Assembly (NCBI GenBank): GCA_038883795.1
Contig: JAVZLK010000015.1
Span: forward strand, 1 to 34,939
Reading direction: 5' to 3'
Origin: Candidatus Bathyarchaeia archaeon
GTDB lineage: Archaea; Thermoproteota; Bathyarchaeia; Bathyarchaeales; Bathycorpusculaceae
DNA: 34,939 nt
Positions 9,428 to 17,663 of the stretch are shown here, one piece after another; positions within the stretch are counted from its first letter, which is position 1; the number at the start of each line of letters is the position of its first letter. Position numbers and translations under genes: made by a program. The notes below the pieces were generated by a model. It did no database searches. It was not told where the DNA came from and was given only the letters and a program-made list of their open reading frames with translations.

Positions 9428-11305
9428 ATGAGAAAGAAATATTATGCATTGAGTATGATTCTGATACTCGTTAGTGTTCCCCTTATAGCTCCGCTTGCAA
9501 GCGCATATTATCCAGAGACACAAGGGCCTCCCTTCTTTAAAATAACTGTCATGATACCAAACAATGTTCAGAGTAGGATGATTTGGTCTACCACTATTTG
9601 TATTGAATGGAGCAAAATTGGAATTGACGTTAAATACACCTATGTACCTTGGAGCATAATTCAACCGCGTCGAGTAGCCACACCATTGGGCAAAACATAC
9701 GATGAAGGGGGTTGGGATGTTTATACAGAACGTTACTACTACGATACTATAACTCCAAATCCGGGGCAACTGTTCCACAGCTCACAAATGCCACCAACCG
9801 GAACAAACTACGGTCTCGTCAATAGTACGCAACTCGACCAGATTATAGACAATTATGCAAGTGCAGTGACCGAAAGCGACCGTCTCTACTGGATTAACGA
9901 ATTTCAAAAATGGTGGTTAGAATGGGAACCTATGCCAATCGTATACTATCCAGTTGATATAGTTGCAATTAATCCCAACCTACAAGGATTCGAAATAAGA
10001 GATGGTTCAACATACAACTGGCTGTTTTATCCACATCCTGAATTTTGGACAATACCGGGCAAAACTAAGGCAGCATTTGCTGTGTGGAAACCAGAGCCTC
10101 CTCTTCTACCCCAACATTCAATAGGATATGATAAATCAGATGTTTTCGGTCCAGTTCACAATCGACTATTTGAATATTGGGGTTGGAACAATAAGACTTT
10201 AGTTCCCGCTTTAGCTGTAAATTACACTGTTTCAAGTGATGGAAAAACATGGGTAGTTAACCTCAGACAGGGTGTTACATGGCATGACGGTTGGCCATTT
10301 AACGCCAGCGACGTCAAATTCACATTTGATTTAATAATGAATGAAACTTATGGCGCCATGCAAACTCAAGCGGTTAAAAAAGTTCTCGGCAGCCCAGATA
10401 ATGTAGAAATAACTGGCGAGTATCAAGTAACATTTCATCTACCCAACTACACAATCTTTATGAAGGAATATATACTTTCCAGCATCCACATACTTCCATG
10501 GCATGCCTATAAAGACCTAGGTCCAGAGGACATCGGATATGGTGGACTGCATCCAGCCAACACTTGGGAAGGCACATACACGGTTAAAATGCCTAACGGC
10601 ACCGATTATGTAGCACATGGCCCCATCGGAACCGGACCCTGGATAGCTATGGGATACGATCCGGTAAAGAAAAGTTTCAATTACATCAGAAACCATAATT
10701 ACTGGATGGATACACCAGGAAATATAGAAGAATTTTCTATTGTCATGATAGAAGGTGCAGCCGCTGTTCTAGCCGCCCTTAAAAACGGTGAAATAGATGC
10801 TTTTGATACCATGTATAGTATTGAAACTCTTGTCCCAACAATCGACCCCTCATGGGGCAAAGTCATAACAAGCGACTCTTACAAATGGCAACATGTAATA
10901 ATCAACATGAAACACCCAGTTCTCGGAACAGGTGTTGACACTCCACTAGGAAGGCAAGACCCAAGCCGTGCTGCTGAGGCTGCAAAATACGTAAGAAAAG
11001 CCTTAAGCTATGCTATTCCAAGACAAGCAATAATTCAAGAAGTCCTTAACAAATTCGGTGTGCCCGGTACCGTTCCAATACCTTATACAAGTATTGAATA
11101 CAACCACACTCTTCTACAACCAATAGAATACAACCTCACAAAAGCAAAAGAATACATGGAAATGGCAGGATACCGCTATGAAGCCGAGGAGAAAGCCCCA
11201 AGTTTCCTAGAAGCCTATGGCTTGTATATAGGCGCCCTCATTGCAGTGGTAGTAATAGTAGTTGCAGTCGCAGTTGTTGTCCGAAGGGGTAAAAAAATCA
11301 AATAA
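9428..11305 (+). CDS. Family 5 (peptide/nickel) ABC substrate-binding protein with signal peptide and C-terminal membrane anchor; apparently circularly permuted
   Basis: ATG 9428 follows a GAGGT RBS (track start 9377 is probably too long). LVPALA...SSDGKTW..NLRQGVTWHDG.PFNASDVKFTF, PIGTGPW, VRKALSYAI.R. C-terminal hydrophobic helix plus RRGKKIK. Confidence 0.9.
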   Translation: MRKKYYALSMILILVSVPLIAPLASAYYPETQGPPFFKITVMIPNNVQSRMIWSTTICIEWSKIGIDVKYTYVPWSIIQPRRVATPLGKTYDEGGWDVYTERYYYDTITPNPGQLFHSSQMPPTGTNYGLVNSTQLDQIIDNYASAVTESDRLYWINEFQKWWLEWEPMPIVYYPVDIVAINPNLQGFEIRDGSTYNWLFYPHPEFWTIPGKTKAAFAVWKPEPPLLPQHSIGYDKSDVFGPVHNRLFEYWGWNNKTLVPALAVNYTVSSDGKTWVVNLRQGVTWHDGWPFNASDVKFTFDLIMNETYGAMQTQAVKKVLGSPDNVEITGEYQVTFHLPNYTIFMKEYILSSIHILPWHAYKDLGPEDIGYGGLHPANTWEGTYTVKMPNGTDYVAHGPIGTGPWIAMGYDPVKKSFNYIRNHNYWMDTPGNIEEFSIVMIEGAAAVLAALKNGEIDAFDTMYSIETLVPTIDPSWGKVITSDSYKWQHVIINMKHPVLGTGVDTPLGRQDPSRAAEAAKYVRKALSYAIPRQAIIQEVLNKFGVPGTVPIPYTSIEYNHTLLQPIEYNLTKAKEYMEMAGYRYEAEEKAPSFLEAYGLYIGALIAVVVIVVAVAVVVRRGKKIK

Positions 11306-11325
11306 ACTCTTTTTTTTTATTTTAT
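11306..11325 (+). terminator. Poly-T terminator candidate after the binding-protein gene
   Basis: CTCTTTTTTTTTATTTTAT directly after TAA, between convergent genes. Confidence 0.5.
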
Positions 11326-11664
11326 TTAAATGTTAAAAGTAAGCGAAAATATTATTGCTTCAACCAGCAAGATTACTCCAACACAAAGGATAACATCAGC
11401 CTGTTTTAAACTCTTTTTCCATTCCTCAAAAGTCCAAGCCTCTGAATTAAAGGCCAACTCTTTAAACTTACCTACAGACACTGAAGAATAAGTTCCAATC
11501 AACCCAGCTGCAATAAAGAAGACGCTACTCTCAATCCATATGAGAACAGAAAGCGTTCTAAATAGATTGAGCAAAACAATAAAGAAGTCAATTAAAACAA
11601 TTATTTGTGCACGTACAAAACATTTTAATAAAAATTTACCAAAGGCGAACAGTTTTTTTGACAT
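11326..11664 (-). CDS. Small hypothetical membrane protein (about 3 TM)
   Basis: 112 aa with three hydrophobic stretches. Fills the gap and has an AAAGGTTTATAA TATA-like element about 35 bp upstream. Confidence 0.6.
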   Translation of the reverse strand: MSKKLFAFGKFLLKCFVRAQIIVLIDFFIVLLNLFRTLSVLIWIESSVFFIAAGLIGTYSSVSVGKFKELAFNSEAWTFEEWKKSLKQADVILCVGVILLVEAIIFSLTFNI

Positions 11665-11874
11665 CGGCTATCTCTCTCAAATAATGGGTTTGATAAATTA
11701 TAAACCTTTGGTTAATAAAGCTATAATGAAAATAGAATAGAAGTTCACTTAAACTGAAATCAGCGTATTTTTATTTTAACACCATTCAAGGTTCAATAAT
11801 AAACATGCAACAAAACATAAAAAAGAAACCAAAGACATATAACTCCAACATTTATAATAACGAACGGTGTTTCC

Positions 11875-12777
11875 ATGAAACCAAGCATCGAACTCAAGGG
11901 CGTAATTGTTCCCATGTTGACACCATTCAAAAGAAATGGCGAATTAAATATGGATGCTTTAAAAATGTTGACAGAACACTTAATTGAACAAGAAATAAAC
12001 GGATTATTCCCTGTAAGTAGCATTGGCGAAGCAGCAAAGCTCAGCATGGAGGAAAAGAAAATTATAATAAAAATGGTTGTGGACGTTGCCAATGGCCGCG
12101 TCCCGGTTATACCCGGCACTGGTTTTCCCGATGAAAAACGGACGATACAACTTACGAGATACGCTCGAGACGTTGGAGCAGATGGCGTCGTGATTGTGGA
12201 ACCTTATTATCAAAAACCGTCATTTAAGGCCCTTTACCAATACTACAAACGTATTAATAGAGCAGTAAAAAATTTCCCCTTGTTACTATATAATATTCCA
12301 TCCCTCGCAGGATATGAGCTCACAACGAAACTTGTTGTCAGCTGCGCCGACCTAGATAACATAGTCGGAATAAAAGACAGCAGCGGAAATCTCGCTGAAT
12401 TTACCATACTGCTCAATACAATCGGTGACAAAATTGCAATTTTGCAAGGGTTAGATATACTTTTCTTTCCATCATTAATGATGGGAGCACCGGGGGGAAT
12501 GCTTGGTGGTGGAAATATAGCTGGCAAATTAGAAGTTGAAATGTATAAAGCGTGTCTTCGAGGAGAAATCAAAAAAGCAAAAAGTATTCATGATAGACTT
12601 GTTCCGCTATGGAACATTCTTGGAAGTTATGGAACCTTTCCTGTTCCCTTTAAAGAAGCCTTAACACTGATGAGGATACCAGTAGGTCCAGCACGAATGC
12701 CAGCTGAACCTTTAACAAATGCTCAGAAGAAGAGGTTGCGAGAGGTACTCATACAAATAGGTTTGCTCGCAAACTAG
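11875..12777 (+). CDS. Dihydrodipicolinate synthase (DapA/NAL) family class I aldolase/deaminase
   Basis: GVIVPMLTPF, SSIGE (variant of GTTGE), GRVPVI.G.G, GADG...PYY, LYNIP (Tyr), GIKDSSG (Schiff-base Lys). Confidence 0.9.
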   Translation: MKPSIELKGVIVPMLTPFKRNGELNMDALKMLTEHLIEQEINGLFPVSSIGEAAKLSMEEKKIIIKMVVDVANGRVPVIPGTGFPDEKRTIQLTRYARDVGADGVVIVEPYYQKPSFKALYQYYKRINRAVKNFPLLLYNIPSLAGYELTTKLVVSCADLDNIVGIKDSSGNLAEFTILLNTIGDKIAILQGLDILFFPSLMMGAPGGMLGGGNIAGKLEVEMYKACLRGEIKKAKSIHDRLVPLWNILGSYGTFPVPFKEALTLMRIPVGPARMPAEPLTNAQKKRLREVLIQIGLLAN

Positions 12778-12837
12778 AAAGCATATGCCACATACAATAT
12801 AAAATTAAAATGCAAGCAACAACAGAAAAATGTTGAA

Positions 12838-13800
12838 TTAAGGGGTAAAAAACTCAGCTTTAAATTTTTCGATAATGACCCTTGCAACTGCAGCGTCTTG
12901 TATTGCTAAACCGACCGATTTAAAAACAGTTATTTCATCATCGGCGATTCTACCAGGCTTTTTGCCTGTAACTATTTCGCCCAATTCGGCGTAAATGTGT
13001 TTCTCTGTGATTGCTCCTTCCTTAATTGGCAAGATAACATCACCAGCCTCTTCTAACGCTGCCTTTCGCAGGTCTACAACTAACTTTGATTTCACTATAG
13101 TTTCGGTGTCCAATTCTCTTGCGTTAGGATAATATGAGCCTATCGCATTAATGTGAATCCCCCCGCTTATCCATTCACCTTTAATAACAGGTTCGGCGGA
13201 TGTTGTGGCTGTTATTGCTATATCGGCATCCTTTACTGCATCTTTAGATGAATCTGCGGGTAGCACGTCTATTCCCAATTTTTTAGACATTTCCTCAGCA
13301 AATGTTTCTTTTGTGCTTGATACTTTATCAAATGCACGTACTTTTTCTATTTCTCTTACTTCTTTAACTGCCAACAGTTGGGTTCTGCCTTGCATTCCGC
13401 AACCTATTATTCCCACATTTTTAGAATCTTTTCTTGACAGATATTTTGATGCTACTCCGCTGACGGCTCCAGTTCTTAAAGCTGTTAAATATGCAGCGTC
13501 CATCACTGTGGCTACTTTCCCCGTCTCCAGATCATAAACCAGGAGGGTGGCTACTGTTGTGGGAAGATTATATTTAACATTCCTTGGAAAAATTCCAAAA
13601 ACCTTTGTTGTGGCTATACGCATCCTTTTCAGATATGCACTCATTTGAGAAATACTTCCGTTTTTTAATATGAGTGTTGTGCGTTCTGGTATAATTACTT
13701 CTCCTCGCTGGAGTTCTTTAAAGGCTTCTTCAACAGCATCTATAGCTTCACGCATAGTTAAAAGTCGCTGCACATCAGTATCACTTAAAAAAAGCGTTAT
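12838..13800 (-). CDS. Ornithine cyclodeaminase/mu-crystallin family (imine/ketimine reductase or archaeal AlaDH-like)
   Basis: [51 protein letters not shown]. The frame extends upstream of the track GTG (13773) to ATA at 13800, giving a family-like N-terminus. Confidence 0.9.
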   Translation of the reverse strand: MTLFLSDTDVQRLLTMREAIDAVEEAFKELQRGEVIIPERTTLILKNGSISQMSAYLKRMRIATTKVFGIFPRNVKYNLPTTVATLLVYDLETGKVATVMDAAYLTALRTGAVSGVASKYLSRKDSKNVGIIGCGMQGRTQLLAVKEVREIEKVRAFDKVSSTKETFAEEMSKKLGIDVLPADSSKDAVKDADIAITATTSAEPVIKGEWISGGIHINAIGSYYPNARELDTETIVKSKLVVDLRKAALEEAGDVILPIKEGAITEKHIYAELGEIVTGKKPGRIADDEITVFKSVGLAIQDAAVARVIIEKFKAEFFTP

Positions 13801-13810
13801 GAAACACCAC

Positions 13811-14818
13811 CTAACCTAATGTAAAGCCATATTTTATTGGGTCATCTTTTTCTAAAATGCAATGCTGCAAACCTATAATATACGCTTTTGCTGACAATTT
13901 TGGTATTATTGCTTTGTATTTGCCAACTTTTGTTTCTCTGCAGATTTCGCCAATCATTGTTAAGTCTGGATTCACTAAACTCTCAACTATGAGGCGGTTT
14001 CCAGCTTTGAATTCTCCCTTAGCCCAAAGCATAGCCAATTTGGCACTGACGGAAGTTCCAGCTGGGGAAACGCATATGGTATCAGAGTAGACATTTGCGT
14101 GCCTAAAATGATGCCCAGATTTTAGGGGTTTGGCTGAGAAAGTTACAAGTTCAATTTTATTCAGTTCCGGATTTTCGGGATGAACAACTTTAACTTGCTT
14201 ATTTGCAGCGTTAAGAATTTTCATGCCAACGCGAATTAGTTCTCTTGCATTTTCGGGTTTAACTTGAACTCCAACTTCATCTGGATTGACAAATACGTAG
14301 TATAATCCTCCAAAGGCTATGTCAACGTTAATTTCGCCAATTTCAGGAACTTTGATTTTCTTTGATTCTTGGTAGAAGGATGGGATGCCCTCAAAGGATA
14401 TTTCTTGCACTTCGCCGTCTTTAACCTTCGCCTCTACTTTCACGAGTCCCGCAGCCGTGTCAAGGGTTACTTCGGTTATGGGTTCCTTAACTTCAACCAT
14501 GCCTTGCTCAATTAAAACTTTAGTCACGCTGAAGGTGCTGTCTCCGCAGGAGTTGAAATAACCTCCTGTATAAGTGAATATTACTCCATAATCTGCTTTG
14601 GGATTAGTTGGTTCGGTGATTATGGCTCCCAATATGCCCGAGAAACCCCTAGGTTGCATCATGAGGGCTTTTCTCCAATCATCATAGCGTTCTTGGCAGT
14701 ACTTTGTCTTCTCCCACATTGTTTTCCCCGGAATGCGGGGAAAACCGCTTACCACAACTTTGGTTGTTTCGCCAGAAGAATGGGTTTCGAAAACAGTAAT
14801 TGTTTTCTCAACTTTCAT
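13811..14818 (-). CDS. Proline racemase/hydroxyproline epimerase-dehydratase family protein with non-canonical catalytic residues
   Basis: ETHSSGETTK (cf. HTxGEPxR), LMMQPRG (cf. LMxEPRG), ADYGVIF, SCGD (cf. MCGH), LDTAAGLV, VDIAFGG.YY, SPAGTS (cf. SPCGTG), DDP...GF. GGTGA RBS. Confidence 0.88.
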   Translation of the reverse strand: MKVEKTITVFETHSSGETTKVVVSGFPRIPGKTMWEKTKYCQERYDDWRKALMMQPRGFSGILGAIITEPTNPKADYGVIFTYTGGYFNSCGDSTFSVTKVLIEQGMVEVKEPITEVTLDTAAGLVKVEAKVKDGEVQEISFEGIPSFYQESKKIKVPEIGEINVDIAFGGLYYVFVNPDEVGVQVKPENARELIRVGMKILNAANKQVKVVHPENPELNKIELVTFSAKPLKSGHHFRHANVYSDTICVSPAGTSVSAKLAMLWAKGEFKAGNRLIVESLVNPDLTMIGEICRETKVGKYKAIIPKLSAKAYIIGLQHCILEKDDPIKYGFTLG

Positions 14819-14851
14819 AAGGTCACCGATGTAGCCTAAAATTTATTCTAT

Positions 14852-14867
14852 ATATAAAATTTTATAT
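14852..14867. promoter_or_regulatory. Perfect 16-bp AT palindrome (back-to-back TATA boxes or operator) between divergent racemase and FOR genes
   Basis: ATATAAAATTTTATAT lies about 35 bp from both start codons. Confidence 0.5.
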
Positions 14868-14903
14868 TCAAAGAACTGTGAAAGGGATGTGTGTGATGTA
14901 AAA

Positions 14904-16742
14904 ATGTATGGTTGGAATGGCAAAATATTGCGGGTTAACCTCTCAAAAATGGAAGCAACAACACAAAATTATGACTTGGATTTCGCAAGAAAATACTTGG
15001 GTGGAAGGGGTTTTGCAATAAAAATTCTATGGGATGAGCTGAAACCAGGAATCGATCCATTAAGTCCAGAAAACAAGCTTGTAATAGCCGCGGGACCACT
15101 AACTGGACTTCCAGGTCCAAGTCTTGGCAAACTGGTCATAGCAGCCAAAAGCCCACTCACCGGAGGCTACGGTGATGGAAACGTTGGAACCATGGCGGCA
15201 GTAAATATGCGCAAAGCTGGATTTGACGCCCTAATAATAGAAGGAAAAGCCCAAAAACCAGTTTATCTTTACGTAGAAGAGGAGAAAGGCTACATTCTAA
15301 GCGCTGACGGCATATGGGGCAAAACATCCTTCGAAGCAGAGAAAAACATCAAGGAAATCCACGGAAAAGATGTTGGAGTGCTTTTAATTGGTCCAGGCGG
15401 CGAGAACATGGTGAGATACGCCACTGTTGTTTCTCAAGAAGGAAGGGCTGGTGGAAGACCTGGAATGGGTGCTGTTATGGGTTCCAAGAAACTGAAGGCT
15501 GTTGTCTTTAAGGGAACAAAGGAAATTCCTTTGGCGGATCCGGAAGGGTATAAGAAACTTGTGGGCGATGCTTATGCAGATATTAAAGCCAGAGATTATT
15601 ATGGTTTCTGGATTAGGCAAGGCACCATGGCAACAATAGATTGGGCTAACGAAAACAGCGTTTTACCCACATATAACTTCAAGGAAGGAGTCTTTGAACT
15701 AGGCAATCTCATTAACGGCTATGCAATGGAAGCAGCAAAGGTTCAGCGAAGAGGATGCCCCTACTGTAACATGGCATGCGGGAACGTGGTCCTCGACAGC
15801 GAAGGCAGAGAATCGGAACTTGACTATGAGAATGTCGCCATGCTCGGCTCCAACATTGGATTGGGACATCTTGGAAAAGTTTCAGTGCTTAACAGAATGG
15901 CAGACGAATTCGGCATAGACACAATTTCTTTGGGCAACACAATAGCCTTTGCCATGGAAGCAACAGAAAAAGGGCTACTAAAAGATGGAATAGAATGGGG
16001 AGATTTTGAAAGAACAAAAATGCTAATCCAAGAAATTGCATATCGTAAAGGAGAACTTGGAAACGTCCTCGCAGAAGGCGTCATGAGAGTAAGCCAAAAA
16101 CTTGGCGACGACTCCAAAAATTGGGCAATACACGTTAAAGGACTTGAAGCTTCAGCCTACGACTGCCACACAGTTCCAGGAATGGCTTTGGCATTCGCCA
16201 CTTCCTCCATAGGCGCCCACCATAAGGAAGCTTGGGTTATCTCATGGGAAATAAGAACCGACAGGTCCGGATACACAGAAGCCAAAGTGGACAAGGTGAT
16301 AGAGTTCCAGCGTATAAGGGGAGGAATGTTTGAATCTTTAGTGACGTGTAGGCTTCCGTGGATAGAATTGGGCTTCGAACTAGAATGGTATCCAAGACTA
16401 TTAAAGGCAGCATCGGGAATAGAAATTCCTCTTAACGAGATGTTTTACGTGTTAGCCGACCGAATATATGCCCTCATAAGAGCCTTCTGGGTGCGCGAGT
16501 TCGGTAAAGAGTGGAGCCGCCAGATGGATTATCCACCATTGCGATGGTTCACCGAACCGATAACTAAAGGACCATACAAGGGCACGATGCTTGACAAAAC
16601 AAAATTCGACACGCTACTTGACATGTACTATACAAAGCGCGGATGGGACAATATGGGGATACCAACTCGGAGCACATTTGAAAAACTTGGATTAAAAGAG
16701 GTGGCAGAGCAGCTTTCAAGGAACGTCGCGTTGACCCCATAA
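14904..16742 (+). CDS. for: Tungsten-containing aldehyde:ferredoxin oxidoreductase, FOR (formaldehyde ferredoxin oxidoreductase) clade
   Basis: [96 protein letters not shown]. Closely resembles Pyrococcus FOR as I recall it. ATG at 14904 (track GTG 14889). Confidence 0.9.
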   Translation: MYGWNGKILRVNLSKMEATTQNYDLDFARKYLGGRGFAIKILWDELKPGIDPLSPENKLVIAAGPLTGLPGPSLGKLVIAAKSPLTGGYGDGNVGTMAAVNMRKAGFDALIIEGKAQKPVYLYVEEEKGYILSADGIWGKTSFEAEKNIKEIHGKDVGVLLIGPGGENMVRYATVVSQEGRAGGRPGMGAVMGSKKLKAVVFKGTKEIPLADPEGYKKLVGDAYADIKARDYYGFWIRQGTMATIDWANENSVLPTYNFKEGVFELGNLINGYAMEAAKVQRRGCPYCNMACGNVVLDSEGRESELDYENVAMLGSNIGLGHLGKVSVLNRMADEFGIDTISLGNTIAFAMEATEKGLLKDGIEWGDFERTKMLIQEIAYRKGELGNVLAEGVMRVSQKLGDDSKNWAIHVKGLEASAYDCHTVPGMALAFATSSIGAHHKEAWVISWEIRTDRSGYTEAKVDKVIEFQRIRGGMFESLVTCRLPWIELGFELEWYPRLLKAASGIEIPLNEMFYVLADRIYALIRAFWVREFGKEWSRQMDYPPLRWFTEPITKGPYKGTMLDKTKFDTLLDMYYTKRGWDNMGIPTRSTFEKLGLKEVAEQLSRNVALTP

Positions 16743-16756
16743 CAATTTTCACACTT

Positions 16757-17662
16757 TTACTTGAACATTTTAAATAAGGGGTGCTCCTTTATTAGCGGTC
16801 TTGTCCGAAACTCTTGGGATGCAGAGTAAGCAACGTAAGCATCGGCTAAGCCGCAGTAAAAGTATGCAGAGGGTGCGTTTTCGATTGGTCCGTATAGGAT
16901 AAAGTTGGCTCCAGCAATTATGGGAAAAACGTTGGCTACGCTACTTGCAAGCAAATACTCAGTTGCATCAAGTTTGCGTCTACTATTCCACCTCTCAACC
17001 GCATTATGTGTTCCCGCCCCAGCGGGCAACCCATACTTTTCCTTAACCAGATAGATGGCTCTGCTAACTGGTCCAGGATCGGGCAAGTCAAGGACTGTGG
17101 TGTCCACCAAGAATTTTTCTACACCTGCTTTTTGGGCTATAGTCAATAATTCATCAAGTACTTCTAATCTTCCAGAAATTGTGGGGTTTTTGGTGTTCAA
17201 AGTCAAGAGTATGGCGGATTTAATTTTAGCCTCTTTAATGGCTGAGATTTCCTCCTCTTTAAGATGAGGCGTTATGGAATTATAAACAACTCTGTCGGAC
17301 AAGCCTACCTCCTTAACATATTTTGCTCCAGCAATTCTCACATCAGCAGTGGCGCCATCCATAGCGAAGGGTCCATCAATATGGTTTGCTGCAAATTCCA
17401 AGAATTTTTCGAAAGCTTCAGGCCATGAGCAGCAGACGTCCACAATCCTTGGGTTTCCAGTTTTACTTGATATTTCTTCTTCCTTTTTCAGCAATTCTTC
17501 GGCTTTCTCTTTGTCAAACTCGCCTTTTCGCTCATCTTTTACGATCTTATGTTTATGGTAGAAAATGCTCCCGATCAACACCGTTGGAAGTTGACCCGGC
17601 TGCCCTCCAACCTTCACGTTTGCAATATCAAAAATTTTCTGTTCCCTTTCGAATTTGAACAT
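16757..17662 (-). CDS. mtrH: MtrH/MtgA-like methyl-corrinoid:pterin (H4MPT/H4F) methyltransferase, stand-alone
   Basis: MFKFEREQKIFDIANVKVGGQPGQLPTVLIGSIFY..HKIV.DE.KG.FD, VYNSI, G.G.HNA, GANFILYGPIENA, C-terminal HPL. Confidence 0.92.
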   Translation of the reverse strand: MFKFEREQKIFDIANVKVGGQPGQLPTVLIGSIFYHKHKIVKDERKGEFDKEKAEELLKKEEEISSKTGNPRIVDVCCSWPEAFEKFLEFAANHIDGPFAMDGATADVRIAGAKYVKEVGLSDRVVYNSITPHLKEEEISAIKEAKIKSAILLTLNTKNPTISGRLEVLDELLTIAQKAGVEKFLVDTTVLDLPDPGPVSRAIYLVKEKYGLPAGAGTHNAVERWNSRRKLDATEYLLASSVANVFPIIAGANFILYGPIENAPSAYFYCGLADAYVAYSASQEFRTRPLIKEHPLFKMFK

Positions 17663-17663
17663 T

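Noticed and set aside
11793-12119. Short ORFs around the dapA-like start (11540..11740, 11793..12119, 11805..11987)
   Set aside because: They overlap better-supported genes or AT-rich promoter DNA and show no motifs.
16757-17662. Evidence for methanogenesis or the Na+-pumping Mtr complex
   Set aside because: Only the soluble H-like subunit is present. No mtrA-G, mcr or CoM methyltransferase is seen here.
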